From contig CAXXMU010000005.1 of NCBI GenBank assembly GCA_963667785.2, positions 32,001 through 96,000 of the forward strand: a DNA stretch of 64,000 bases. Reading direction: 5' to 3'. The first letter of the stretch is position 1. Every line of letters begins with the position of its first letter. Of the stretch, positions 9,948 through 20,379 are shown in pieces. A model generated the notes under the pieces. That model was not told the origin of the DNA, searched no databases, and worked only from the letters and a program-made list of their open reading frames with translations. The stretch comes from Alphaproteobacteria bacterium. GTDB lineage: Bacteria > Pseudomonadota > Alphaproteobacteria > UBA828. The translations under genes and the position numbers were made by a program.

Positions 9948-12683
9948 ATGCCCGAGGACGCCGAGGCGAAAGCGCCCGCCGCGCCACACGCCGCCCGCGG
10001 CGCTCGCCGGGGTCGGCCGCGCGCCCGCCGCGTCGAGACGGCGACGCCGATGATGGCGCAGTATCTCGAGATCAAGGGCAGCCATCCGGACCACCTTCTC
10101 TTCTACCGGATGGGGGATTTCTACGAGCTCTTCTTCGACGATGCGCGCGAGGCGGCAGACGCGCTCGACATCGCGCTGACCAAGCGCGGCCTCCACCAGG
10201 GGCAGGAGGTGCCCATGTGCGGAGTGCCCGTCGTGAGCGCCGAGGGCTACCTCCAGCGGCTCATCCGCAAGGGCTTCAGGGTCGCGGTATGCGAGCAGGT
10301 CGAGGACCCGGCGGAGGCCCGCAAGCGCGGGCCCAAGGCGGTCGTGCGCCGCGAGGTGATCCGGCTGGTGACGCCGGGAACGCTGAGCGAGGATGCGCTG
10401 CTCGATGCGCGGGCGGCGAACCATCTCGCCGCGCTCGCCCGGGCGGAGGGCGCGCTGGCGCTCGCCTGGGCCGAGATGTCCACCGGCGAATTCGCGGTGA
10501 TGGAGGTCTCCGAGGCCGCGCTGCCGGCAGCCCTTGCCCGCCTCGAGCCCGGTGAGATCTTGGTGCCGGAGCCGCTGCTGGAGACGCCGGCGCTCTTCGA
10601 GCTCTTCGCCGAGTGGAAGCGGGCGCTCACGCCGCAGCCGCGCTCGCTCTTCGACAGCGTTGCCGCGGGCCGCGACCTCGCCGCGTTCTATGGCGTCGCC
10701 TCCCTCGACGGCCTCGGCAGCTTCGGCCGCGCCGAGCTCGCCGCGGCCGGCGCCATCCTCGGCTACCTGCGCCTCACCCAGAACGGCCGCCTCCCCCGGC
10801 TCGCGCGGCTCCGAGCGACGCAGGCCGGCGCGTCGATGGCGATCGACGCCGCGACCAGGCGCAATCTCGAGCTTACGGCGGCGCTCGACGGCGGCAGCGC
10901 GGGAAGCCTGCTCGCCGTCATCGACCGCACCGTGACCGGCGCCGGTGCCAGGCTGCTCAGGGCGCAGCTCACCGCACCGCTCACCGACCCTGCCGCGATC
11001 GGCGAGCGGCTCGATGCCGTCGGCTTCCTGATCGAGGCGGAGCGTGCACGCCACAATCTCCGCGAACGGCTCCGCCGCTGCCCGGACGTGGAGCGTGCGC
11101 TCTCCCGCCTCGGGCTCGGCCGGGGCGGCCCGCGCGACCTCGCCGCCGTGCGCGATACGCTGGGCCAGGTTCCGGCAATCCGCGAAGCGCTCGGCAGCGC
11201 CGCGGACGGCAGCCTGCAGGCGCCGCCGAAGGCGCTCCAGACGCACGCGCAGGCGCTCGGTCACCACGAGGCCCTGGCCGAGCGGCTCGCCCGGGCGCTG
11301 GTGGCGAGCCCGCCGCTCGCCATCCGGGACGGCGGCGCGATCGCGCGCGGCTACGACCAGGCGCTCGACGACCTGGTGGAGCTGCGCGACCACAGCCGAC
11401 GCCTGATCGGCGAGCTGGAGGCCCGCTACCGCGCGGAGACCGGCGTGGGCGCGCTCAAGGTGCGCCACAACAACGTGCTCGGCTACTACGTAGAGACGCC
11501 GGCTGCGCGGGCCGGCGCGCTGCCGGAGCAGTTCATTCACCGGCAGACCATGGCCAGCGCCATGCGCTACACCACGGTGGAGCTGGGCGAGCTCGAGGCG
11601 CGGATCAACGGCGCGGCCGAGAGGGCCCTTGCCCTCGAGCAGCAGCACTTCGACGACCTCCGCGCCGACGTCCTGCGCCGGGCCGACGACATCGCGCGCA
11701 CGGCCGGGGCGCTGGCCGCGCTCGACGTGGCCCAGGGGCTCGCGCATCTTGCGGTCGGGCGGCGTTACACGCGGCCCGTCGTCGACGACACCACGGCCTT
11801 CGAGATCGAGGGCGGGCGCCACCCGGTCGTGGAGGCGGTGGGCGCCGGCGGCGATGCGCCCTTCGTCCCCAACGATTGCGACCTCGGTACGGCGGCCCGC
11901 ATCTGGCTCGTCACCGGCCCCAACATGGCAGGCAAGAGCACCTTCCTGCGCCAGAATGCGCTGATCGCGGTGCTGGCCCAGATGGGCTCGTTCGTCCCCG
12001 CCACCTCCGCCCGCATCGGCGCGGTCGACCGACTCTTCTCCCGCGTCGGCGCGGCGGACGACCTCGCGCGCGGGCGCTCTACCTTCATGGTGGAGATGGT
12101 GGAGACCGCCGCCATCCTCAATCAGGCCGGCGAGCGGGCGCTGGTGATCCTCGACGAAATCGGTCGCGGCACCGCCACCTACGACGGCCTCTCCATCGCC
12201 TGGGCGGCGATCGAGCATCTGCACGATGGCAACCGCTGCCGGGCGCTGTTCGCCACCCATTATCACGAGCTCACCGTGCTCGCCCGGAAGCTGGACGGGC
12301 TGGCCTGTCACACCATGCGGATCAAGGAGTGGCAGGGCTCGGTCGTCTTCCTGCACGAGGTGGCGCAGGGCGCGGCCGACCGCTCCTACGGTATCCATGT
12401 GGCGCGCCTCGCCGGCCTGCCCGAGGCGGTGCTGGCCCGCGCCGAGGAGGTGCTGGCGCTGCTCGAGCAGGGCGATCAGGCCGCCGCCGCCGCCCGGCTC
12501 GCGAACGACCTCCCGCTCTTCCAGTCCCGCCCGCCGGCGGAGCCCGCCCCGGCGGAACCCGCGCCCGACCCGCTCCGCGCCCGCCTCGCGGCGATCAACC
12601 CGGACGACCTCACCCCGCGCGCTGCGCTGGAGATCCTCTACGAGCTTCGCGCGGCGCTCGAAGACGACCAAAGTCCTGACTGA
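9948..12683 (+). CDS. mutS: DNA mismatch repair protein MutS
   Basis: [54 protein letters not shown]. Confidence 0.98.
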   Translation: MPEDAEAKAPAAPHAARGARRGRPRARRVETATPMMAQYLEIKGSHPDHLLFYRMGDFYELFFDDAREAADALDIALTKRGLHQGQEVPMCGVPVVSAEGYLQRLIRKGFRVAVCEQVEDPAEARKRGPKAVVRREVIRLVTPGTLSEDALLDARAANHLAALARAEGALALAWAEMSTGEFAVMEVSEAALPAALARLEPGEILVPEPLLETPALFELFAEWKRALTPQPRSLFDSVAAGRDLAAFYGVASLDGLGSFGRAELAAAGAILGYLRLTQNGRLPRLARLRATQAGASMAIDAATRRNLELTAALDGGSAGSLLAVIDRTVTGAGARLLRAQLTAPLTDPAAIGERLDAVGFLIEAERARHNLRERLRRCPDVERALSRLGLGRGGPRDLAAVRDTLGQVPAIREALGSAADGSLQAPPKALQTHAQALGHHEALAERLARALVASPPLAIRDGGAIARGYDQALDDLVELRDHSRRLIGELEARYRAETGVGALKVRHNNVLGYYVETPAARAGALPEQFIHRQTMASAMRYTTVELGELEARINGAAERALALEQQHFDDLRADVLRRADDIARTAGALAALDVAQGLAHLAVGRRYTRPVVDDTTAFEIEGGRHPVVEAVGAGGDAPFVPNDCDLGTAARIWLVTGPNMAGKSTFLRQNALIAVLAQMGSFVPATSARIGAVDRLFSRVGAADDLARGRSTFMVEMVETAAILNQAGERALVILDEIGRGTATYDGLSIAWAAIEHLHDGNRCRALFATHYHELTVLARKLDGLACHTMRIKEWQGSVVFLHEVAQGAADRSYGIHVARLAGLPEAVLARAEEVLALLEQGDQAAAAARLANDLPLFQSRPPAEPAPAEPAPDPLRARLAAINPDDLTPRAALEILYELRAALEDDQSPD

Positions 12684-12847
12684 GTCCCGAAGGCGTGCCG
12701 GCAGATTGCGGCAAGACTTGTGACCGTGAGGTCAATGAGACGACATAGATTTAGTGCCCGCATGTTATAGCAAAAAACATGACCATAGGGCTAACAGGCC
12801 GGTATAAAGTCTAGTGAGGGAGATCAACAACGGTTCCGCCAGGGGCC

Positions 12848-12991
12848 ATGAAATCACCACCGTTCATCTGCGAGTGTCCGAGCGCTGTCGATGAGGCCGC
12901 TTCTATGCCTGTGACACGCGGGGAGGACGTGCGCCCGCTTGCCGCCGGGCGGAGCCCGGCGCCGCCTCCCGGTATCCGCCTGGCGCGGCCC
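12848..12991 (+). pseudogene. decayed duplicate of the first 48 codons of the coxM-like gene at 16326, in frame with the downstream lipoprotein
   Basis: Ungapped alignment of MKSPPFICECPSAV...GIRLARP with MKPPPFAYECPTEV...NFRLARP gives 23/48 identical residues by manual count. Confidence 0.8.
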
Positions 12992-15900
12992 GTGTTTTCC
13001 TGCGCCCGGATCGCTCCACCCCTTCTCGGCATCGCTGCGATGCTCGGGCTTGCGGCCTGCCAGGGGCAGCACACGCTTCAGCTTGCAGACGGAGAGGAGC
13101 GTCCGGACCTTTCCCACACCGAGAACGTCTCCGGCGAGCCCATCGTTTCCGGCGGGGATGAGTCGTCCGGCGAGCCGGCGACGACTGAAACGACCGGGAC
13201 CGGCGGCGGACCATCCGACGATGCCGGTCAAGACGATGACGAATTGCAGGACGACCAGCCATCGTCGGAGGCTGCCGTGGTGCTCGGCACGGCTGCAGGC
13301 GGCTCACGCCTGGTCCAGCTACCGCGCAACAACCCGACTGCTACCGACCTTCTCGATCACTGGGGGCATCGGCAGAGTGACGGAATCGCGGATGGTCTCT
13401 CGCTGGCCGAACCCGCCGACGGGGCCGATGCGGCGGACCTGCGGCGCCTGCAAGCGGCTGCGCAGACGGATGACGGGCCACCGGTGGCCCCCGATCTTCA
13501 GGAGGGCGACGAGGTCCGTGTGCTGGGCGCGCGCCGCGGGGTGACTTACGGGCGCTGGAGCGGCGGGCCGGCCGACACGCTCTCGATCGAATTCGACGTC
13601 TCGCGAGCAAGCTGGCGGGTGCGCAACGATCCCGCCTTCCGCGCCATGCTGAAGCGGGCCGGCAAGGCGTGGAGCCACCGCATCGCCGACACCTGGTCCA
13701 CGTGGGAGCGGCAGGAAGGCGACTTCAAGGGCTATTACATCGACGGCGGCGATCACACCCAGGTCTACGTCGGAGCCGGCGGCGAGATCAGCACCGGCCT
13801 CGAAATAGACGTCAAGGACGAAGACCTTTCGGAGGGAACTGCCGGCTGGGCGAACGAGGGAGCCCGACGGCCTGGCGGAGCGTGGGAGCCTCGGTTCGGA
13901 TCGATCGAGATCGACAGCGACTTCCTTCGGGATGCCGGGGAGGCCAATTTGTTCAGTACGCTGGCCCACGAGATCGGCCACGTGCTGGGAGCATGGAAGG
14001 GAGGCGCAGAGACAGAGGGCTACGTCCCCTATACGGACACCGAAGCGGGCACCTGGACGGGGCCGAACGTGACTGCCCTCTATGGCGGCCCCGCGCCGTT
14101 CCAGGACGCCGCCAATTCGCATGACTGGGTGGACGGCGAGCGCGATCCGCTGGCAATGGAGTACGACTTCGCCCACAGCGGCGTCTGCGCCTCGCTCATG
14201 GCCTACTGTGGCAGTGGTGAGGCGTTAGAGCCGTATCTGCCTCACGCGATCGACTTCGCGTTCCTCGCCGACCTCGGCATGACGGTGAATGACGAGACCG
14301 AGCGGCCCGAGACCTACGGCCTCGGGGGCTGGACCGACTACGCCGCCTTCACGCTCGCCGTCTCGCGCGACCTGCACGTGGCGCGCGCGGACCCGCAGCC
14401 GCATTACGACGGCGCAGCCAATCCGTGGCGGACGCTCGAAATCACCGATCTCCTGCGGGTGGGTGCCGACGCCTTCGGCTACCGCAGCACGGGCGACATC
14501 GGCATGTCCTATCCCTCGGCCGAGTCCATGGGAAGGGTCTGCTACGCGGGCGGGCTGATCGGCGCCGCAATCGATTATGACGGGATGCCGCCCGTCACCG
14601 GAGACGCCAATCTTGCGATCGATCTCGGGACGCTGGACGGCACGGCGAGTTTCACCTCGCTGGCGGTCGCCGCTGACGGAATGCCCGAGACCTTCGCCGA
14701 CGGCGCCCTCTACTATCCGCTCACCATTGCGGACAACGCGATTCGCGGAACGGAGGCGGAGTCGACGCTGTCTGCGGACTTCTACGGACCCAAACACGAG
14801 GACGTTGCGGGAACGCTCCACGATCCGAGGGCGGGTCTGCTGGCGAGCTTCGGGGCGACCCACGACGACCGGCCCGACCGCGAGGGCGTGATCGATGCCG
14901 CGACGTACCTGACGGGTCGGACCTATCAGAGCGACGCGGCCGGCTCGGCCGACGACGTCTGGACCGACTACTGGTGTGTGGAGGGGTCTTCCTGCGAAAC
15001 GAACGTATTCAGGTCGGGCTCGTGGAGTGGTCGGACGGCGACAACGCGAGACGCTGTCGTTGCCGCCACGGCCGGATGGGACGGGCGCGAAGCGGCGATA
15101 CTCGTGGCGGACCGCGATGTCTTGCGGATCGAGCGGCAGACGGCCGCATCCACCGACGGCCGCCGGGGACGTCATGTCGTCGACGGCTACTTCGGGATCA
15201 TGGAACACGGCGCGTTCGGAGTCGGGTTCGAGAAGTACAGCAGCGAATGGACGGACTCGATCGGCACGCCCGGGGGTCACTATCGCTGGTGGAAGGGTGC
15301 CCAAGGGGCAATGTCGGGCCACCCTCCGGATGTTCGCGCGCAATGGTCCGGCCTCATGCTCGGATACCAGGGCAGGCACGACGCGCACGACGACCCGTTT
15401 GTGGAGGGCGTCGCGACCGTCGACTTCCACCTGGCTCCGAGCCGCGTGGACGTGACGTTCTCGGATATCGCGAGCCGGGATGGCCGGCGGACCCTGCCCG
15501 ACATCAGATTCCGGGGGCTCGAAGCGCGGGCCAACGGGACCATCTGGGGCAACCCTGAGAGTGGATGGCTGCGGGGATCCTTTGTCGGCCCCGAGCACGA
15601 GGAGGCGGTCGGCATCTTCTCTCACTCCGCGACCGTCGTGCGGGGCAGCTTCGGCGCAGGGGCCGTCCCGGACACCTTTACGCTGGAGGAAACGGGCGCC
15701 GTCTCGTTTATCGGAGAGTACAGCGACAGCTCCGGAACGAAATCGATCTATGCATACGACGATTGGGGATACTGGGGCCGGCAGTTCGGGGGGACCGTGT
15801 TCACGGCAGTCATCGAGCAAGACATCAGGCGCGAAGGCGATATCACCACCTACTATGCGCCAAGCACGAGTGTTTCCGGAACACGGAGCGGGAACAATCC

Positions 15901-16216
15901 GGTATCCGGAGAGGCCGTATGGCGCGGGGGTGTGCGGGCATTCAGCACGGGCGCCTCGGGCTACCTGCCCGTGAGCGGTAGCGCCCGGCTGGAGGTCGAC
16001 TTCTCCGACTCGACGGTGGACGTTGACTTCACCGATTTCGACAGGGGGCACGGCAACTTGTCGTGGCAGGGGCTGCAGATGACGGCGGGCTCGTTCCGCG
16101 ACGCGCAGAGCCAGCCGACCATCGAGGGGGCGTTCTACGGAACGGACCATCAAGGGGCGGCCGGCAGTTTCGATCGCGACAATCTCAAGGGCGTTTTCGG
16201 CGCCGTCCGCGACTGA
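12992..16216 (+). CDS. large lipoprotein: zinc metallopeptidase domain plus three TbpB-like beta-barrel modules (the frame is open from 12848)
   Basis: Signal peptide with LAAC lipobox; TLAHEIGHVLG; three repeats ending ...FYGP/FVGP/FYGT..H..A.G...FGA. Confidence 0.75.
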   Translation: MFSCARIAPPLLGIAAMLGLAACQGQHTLQLADGEERPDLSHTENVSGEPIVSGGDESSGEPATTETTGTGGGPSDDAGQDDDELQDDQPSSEAAVVLGTAAGGSRLVQLPRNNPTATDLLDHWGHRQSDGIADGLSLAEPADGADAADLRRLQAAAQTDDGPPVAPDLQEGDEVRVLGARRGVTYGRWSGGPADTLSIEFDVSRASWRVRNDPAFRAMLKRAGKAWSHRIADTWSTWERQEGDFKGYYIDGGDHTQVYVGAGGEISTGLEIDVKDEDLSEGTAGWANEGARRPGGAWEPRFGSIEIDSDFLRDAGEANLFSTLAHEIGHVLGAWKGGAETEGYVPYTDTEAGTWTGPNVTALYGGPAPFQDAANSHDWVDGERDPLAMEYDFAHSGVCASLMAYCGSGEALEPYLPHAIDFAFLADLGMTVNDETERPETYGLGGWTDYAAFTLAVSRDLHVARADPQPHYDGAANPWRTLEITDLLRVGADAFGYRSTGDIGMSYPSAESMGRVCYAGGLIGAAIDYDGMPPVTGDANLAIDLGTLDGTASFTSLAVAADGMPETFADGALYYPLTIADNAIRGTEAESTLSADFYGPKHEDVAGTLHDPRAGLLASFGATHDDRPDREGVIDAATYLTGRTYQSDAAGSADDVWTDYWCVEGSSCETNVFRSGSWSGRTATTRDAVVAATAGWDGREAAILVADRDVLRIERQTAASTDGRRGRHVVDGYFGIMEHGAFGVGFEKYSSEWTDSIGTPGGHYRWWKGAQGAMSGHPPDVRAQWSGLMLGYQGRHDAHDDPFVEGVATVDFHLAPSRVDVTFSDIASRDGRRTLPDIRFRGLEARANGTIWGNPESGWLRGSFVGPEHEEAVGIFSHSATVVRGSFGAGAVPDTFTLEETGAVSFIGEYSDSSGTKSIYAYDDWGYWGRQFGGTVFTAVIEQDIRREGDITTYYAPSTSVSGTRSGNNPVSGEAVWRGGVRAFSTGASGYLPVSGSARLEVDFSDSTVDVDFTDFDRGHGNLSWQGLQMTAGSFRDAQSQPTIEGAFYGTDHQGAAGSFDRDNLKGVFGAVRD

Positions 16217-16325
16217 ACGACACTCTCCCACCGCACATCGGCCCCTTGATGCGAGCCCGGACTGACCCGGGCCGCCGCGCCGGTGTAGGATCGGGGCCCG
16301 AACAGCAGCGGGGTCGCAACAGGCG

Positions 16326-17192
16326 ATGAAGCCGCCCCCTTTCGCCTACGAATGCCCGACCGAGGTGGCGGACGCCGTCGCCCTGCTGGCCGCGCACGGC
16401 GGCGAGGCCAGGCCGCTCGCCGGCGGGCAGAGCCTGGTGCCGCTGCTCAACTTCCGCCTGGCGCGGCCGGCCATGCTGGTCGATCTCAACCGCATCGAGG
16501 CGCTCCGCTCCGTCACGGTCGAGGGTGGTGTGCTCCGCATCGGCGCCATGGCCCGCCAGGCGGAGGTCGAGTCCGATCCGGTAGTGGCCCGCGGCTGGCC
16601 GATCCTCGCCGAGGCCATCGGCCACATCGCCCATCCCCAGATTCGCAACCGCGGCACCGTCGGCGGCAGCCTCGCGCTGAACGACCCGGCGGCCGAGCTG
16701 CCGGCGGTGATGCTGGCCGTCGATGCGGAGATGCGCGCAGAGGGGCCTGCGGGACAGCGCAGCATCGCGGCACGCGATTTCTTCGCGGGCATGATGGAGA
16801 CGGCGCTGGCGCCGGACGAGCTGCTCACCGAGATCAGGGTGCCGGCGCTGCCCGCAGGCACCGGCTGGGGTTTCGAGGAGGCCGCGCGGCGTGCGGGCGA
16901 CTTCGCGCTGGTTGCGGCCTGCGTCCTGCTGAGCCCCGGCGCGGACGGCGAGCTCGCGGCCCGCGTCGTGCTCACCGGTATCGGCGCGGGACCGGCGCGA
17001 GCGCGCGAGGCGGAGGCGATTCTCGTCGAGCGCGGCTGGGGCGGCGATGCCTGCGAGGCGGCGGGCGCCGCTGCGGCAGCGGCGTCCGAGCCTGCGGATG
17101 ACCCGCACGCGCCGGCGTGGTATCGGCGCAGGCTCGTGGCGGCGCTGACCGCGCGCGCAAGCCGGCGGGCACTCCAGCGGATGGGGCGCTGA
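16326..17192 (+). CDS. molybdenum hydroxylase FAD-binding subunit (CoxM/CutM-like)
   Basis: LAGGQSLVPLLNFRLARP, IRNRGTVGGS. Confidence 0.92.
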   Translation: MKPPPFAYECPTEVADAVALLAAHGGEARPLAGGQSLVPLLNFRLARPAMLVDLNRIEALRSVTVEGGVLRIGAMARQAEVESDPVVARGWPILAEAIGHIAHPQIRNRGTVGGSLALNDPAAELPAVMLAVDAEMRAEGPAGQRSIAARDFFAGMMETALAPDELLTEIRVPALPAGTGWGFEEAARRAGDFALVAACVLLSPGADGELAARVVLTGIGAGPARAREAEAILVERGWGGDACEAAGAAAAAASEPADDPHAPAWYRRRLVAALTARASRRALQRMGR

Positions 17193-17681
17193 ATGGCGGA
17201 CGAGCGGCGCGGCGTTCGCGTGACGATCAACGGCGCGGCCTGCGAGGGCCGCGTCGAGCCCAGGCTGCTGCTCTCGGACTTCATCCGGCACGAGGCGGGG
17301 CTCACCGGCACCCATGTCGGCTGCGAGCACGGCGTCTGCGGCGCCTGCACGGTGCTCCTCGACGGCGCGCCCGTGCGCTCCTGCCTCATGTTCGCGGTGC
17401 AGGCCGACGGCGCCGCGGTCGAGACCGTGGAATCGCTCGCCGACGGCTATACGCTCCACCCCCTGCAGGAGGCCTTCCGCCGCGAGCACGGGCTGCAATG
17501 CGGCTACTGCACGCCCGGCATCCTGATGACCCTGAAACCCTTCCTCGCCGCGCATCCGGAGCCGACGGAGGCCGAGATTCGCCGGGCGCTCGCCGGCACT
17601 CTCTGCCGCTGCACCGGCTACCAGCAGATCGTGGCGGCGGTGCGCCTAGCGGCCGCGATGCTGCGCGGGGACGCGTCGTGA
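17193..17681 (+). CDS. molybdenum hydroxylase 2Fe-2S subunit (CoxS-like)
   Basis: GCEHGVCGACT and QCGYCTPG...LCRCTGY. Confidence 0.93.
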   Translation: MADERRGVRVTINGAACEGRVEPRLLLSDFIRHEAGLTGTHVGCEHGVCGACTVLLDGAPVRSCLMFAVQADGAAVETVESLADGYTLHPLQEAFRREHGLQCGYCTPGILMTLKPFLAAHPEPTEAEIRRALAGTLCRCTGYQQIVAAVRLAAAMLRGDAS

Positions 17682-19996
17682 CCACCCGGCTGATCGGCGA
17701 GCCGGTGGAACGCCGCGAGGACGCGCGGCTGCTCACCGGCCGCGCGCGCTTCATCGACGACATCCGGCTGCCGAACATGCTGCACGCGGCGGTGATGCGC
17801 AGCCCCCACGCCAAGGCGCGGTTCACGCGGGTGGATGCCGGCGAAGCGCTCGCGCTTGCCGGCGTGCACGCGGTGCTGACCCACGAGGACCTGGGTCCCG
17901 CGAATGCGCCCATGCCGCTCCTGAACGATAACCCGGGCTTCATCCATCCGCGCACCCATCGGGCCCTCGCACCGGGCCAGGTGCGCTTCGTCGGCGAGGC
18001 GGTGGCGCTGGTGGTGGCCGACAGCCGCTATCTGGCCGAGGACGCGCTGGACCTGATCGAGGTCGACTACGAGCCGGAGACGCCTGCGGTGGAGCTTGTG
18101 GCGGCGGCGGAGCCGGGCGTGCCGCTCGTCCACGACGATACGGACACGAACGTCGCCTGCCGCACGGTCGACGAGAGCGGCGATATCGACGGCGCCTTCG
18201 CCGCGGCAGATGTCGTCCTGCGCGAGGAGCTCCGTCCCGAACGCGGCGCCGCCCAGCCGATGGAGACCCGGGGCGTCGTCGCCAGCTACGACGCGAGCCT
18301 CGAGCAGCTCACGATCTGGGACACGACGCAGGCACCGGTGTCGGCCCGCGGCGTCATCGCGGAGAAGCTGGGGCTGCCCGAGGCCGCCATCACCGTGATC
18401 GCGCCGGATGTGGGCGGCGGCTTCGGCGTCAAGATCTTCCTGGTCTACCCGGAGGAGCTGCTGATCCCCTTCGCCGCGCGCCTGCTTGGCCGGCCGGTCA
18501 AGTGGATCGAGGACCGCCGCGAGCACTTCATCGGCTCGAACCACGAACGGCTGATGGTGCATCGGATCGAGGTGGCTGTGGCGAGCGACGGGCGCATCCT
18601 CGGCATCAAGGACCACTTCCTCTACGACAGCGGCGCCTACTGCCCCTACGGGCCGATCAACGCGGAGTGCGCCCAGGCCATCCTGCCGGGCCCCTACAGA
18701 ATCCCGGCGGTGCGGACGGAATACGCCGCCGTCTACACCAACACGCCGATCGTGAGCCCCTACCGCGGCGCGGGCCAGCCGCACGGCAACTTCGTGATGG
18801 AAGCGGCCATGAACCACGTGGCGCGGGAGCTCGGTCTCGATGCGGCCGAGATCAGGCGGCGCAACCTGGTGCGGCCGGAAGACTGCCCGTGGGATTCGGG
18901 CCGCATCTTCCAGGGCAACACGCCGCTCGTGCACCGCGACGCCGACTATCCGGCACAATTGGAACAGGTGCTCCAGGCGCTCGACTATGACCGCATCAAG
19001 CGCGGCCAGCCGGCCGAGCGCGCGCAGGGCATCCATCGGGGCGCCGGCATCGCCTTCTTCGCCGAGGGCACCGGCATCTCGCCCTACGAAGGGGTCGAGG
19101 TGCGGGTGGAGCCCACCGGCCATGTCCATGTGACGACGGGCTATCCCTCGCAGGGGCAGGGCCACCACACCACGCTCTCGCAGATCGTAGCGGAGACCCT
19201 CGCCGTTCCGCCCGAGCAGGTGGTGGTCGAGAGCGGGCGGAGCGACCGCTTCGCCTGGGGTGTCGGCACCTTCGCGAGCCGGGCTGCGGTCGTCGGCGGC
19301 AACGCCGCGCTGGGGGCGGCACAAACGGTCCGCGCGCGGGCACTCGAGCTTGCCTCGGACGAGCTGGAGGCGGCGCCTGAGGACCTGGTGCTGGCGGATG
19401 GCGCGGTGCACGTGAAGGGCGCGCCAGGGCTGGCGGTGACGCTCGCCGCCCTTGCACGCCAAGCCGATCCCATCAACACGCTGGCCGCCGGCAGCGAGCC
19501 GGGCTTGCGCGCCGCCGACTACTACCGCTCGCCCGATGGCGCGATTGCGAGCGGCGTGCACGGCGTGGTGGTGGTCGTCGACATCGCCACCGGCATGGTG
19601 GAGATCGAGAAGTACGTCGTGGTCCACGACTGCGGCGTGATGATCAACCCCACCATCGTGGCCGGGCAGATCCTGGGCGGCACGGCGCAGGGGATCGGCG
19701 GCGCCTTCTACGAGAAGCTCCGCTTCGACGAGGCCGGCCAGCCGCTGGTGACGACCTTCATGGACTACCTGATCCCCACCGCCATGGAGATACCGCCGAT
19801 CGAGATCCATCACATGGAGAGCCGCTCCAGCCTCAACCCCTTGGGCGTCAAGGGCGTGGGCGAGGGCGGCGCGATCCCGGCGGCGGCAGCCTTCTGCGGC
19901 GCGGTCGAGGACGCGCTGGAGCCCTTCGGCGCGCGCGTCCGGGCCCATCCGCTCGACCCGCCCGCCATCCTGGCGATGATCGAGGGCGCCGCCTGA
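17678..19996 (+). CDS. molybdopterin-binding large subunit (CoxL/xanthine dehydrogenase family, not form I CODH)
   Basis: RREDARLLTG, DVGGGFGVK, PYRGAGQ, QGQGH, KGVGEGG; GTG start overlaps the coxS stop. Confidence 0.9.
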   Translation: MTTRLIGEPVERREDARLLTGRARFIDDIRLPNMLHAAVMRSPHAKARFTRVDAGEALALAGVHAVLTHEDLGPANAPMPLLNDNPGFIHPRTHRALAPGQVRFVGEAVALVVADSRYLAEDALDLIEVDYEPETPAVELVAAAEPGVPLVHDDTDTNVACRTVDESGDIDGAFAAADVVLREELRPERGAAQPMETRGVVASYDASLEQLTIWDTTQAPVSARGVIAEKLGLPEAAITVIAPDVGGGFGVKIFLVYPEELLIPFAARLLGRPVKWIEDRREHFIGSNHERLMVHRIEVAVASDGRILGIKDHFLYDSGAYCPYGPINAECAQAILPGPYRIPAVRTEYAAVYTNTPIVSPYRGAGQPHGNFVMEAAMNHVARELGLDAAEIRRRNLVRPEDCPWDSGRIFQGNTPLVHRDADYPAQLEQVLQALDYDRIKRGQPAERAQGIHRGAGIAFFAEGTGISPYEGVEVRVEPTGHVHVTTGYPSQGQGHHTTLSQIVAETLAVPPEQVVVESGRSDRFAWGVGTFASRAAVVGGNAALGAAQTVRARALELASDELEAAPEDLVLADGAVHVKGAPGLAVTLAALARQADPINTLAAGSEPGLRAADYYRSPDGAIASGVHGVVVVVDIATGMVEIEKYVVVHDCGVMINPTIVAGQILGGTAQGIGGAFYEKLRFDEAGQPLVTTFMDYLIPTAMEIPPIEIHHMESRSSLNPLGVKGVGEGGAIPAAAAFCGAVEDALEPFGARVRAHPLDPPAILAMIEGAA

Positions 19997-20130
19997 CACG
20001 GAATCCGGTGCGGCGCCCCGCGGAGACGGGGCTTGACCTGCCCGTACGGGGGCATCAGAGTGGCGGGCAGCAAGGGCGGCGCACCTGCAACGGCGGGGTC
20101 GCGCGCCGCGCGTGGCGACGGGAGTAGATC

Positions 20131-20277
20131 ATGTTCAGCCCGATGAAGCTGCTTATCCTCGTGGTGCTGATCGCGGCCGTCTGGTTCGGGTTCAAGGCAA
20201 TCAGCCGGGTGCGCAAGGCCAAGGCCGCCGAGCCGCTCGAGCACGAGGAGCACCAGAACATCGACGACAATCGCTAG
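20131..20277 (+). CDS. small single-pass membrane protein (48 aa), not in the ORF track
   Basis: GGAG RBS; MFSPMKLLILVVLIAAVWFGFKAISRVRKAK...; GC-rich third codon positions. Confidence 0.7.
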   Translation: MFSPMKLLILVVLIAAVWFGFKAISRVRKAKAAEPLEHEEHQNIDDNR

Positions 20278-20379
20278 CCGGCACGCTTGCGCGGCTGCCG
20301 CGGGGCATCCGCACCGTTGACCACGCCCGGCGCGGGGGGCATTGTCCGCCCGCCCGATCACCCGACCCGATGACCTTCG

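Noticed and set aside
17678-19996. Aerobic CO dehydrogenase form I
   Set aside because: Lacks AYxCSFR (has PYRGAGQ) and has no adjacent coxDEFG
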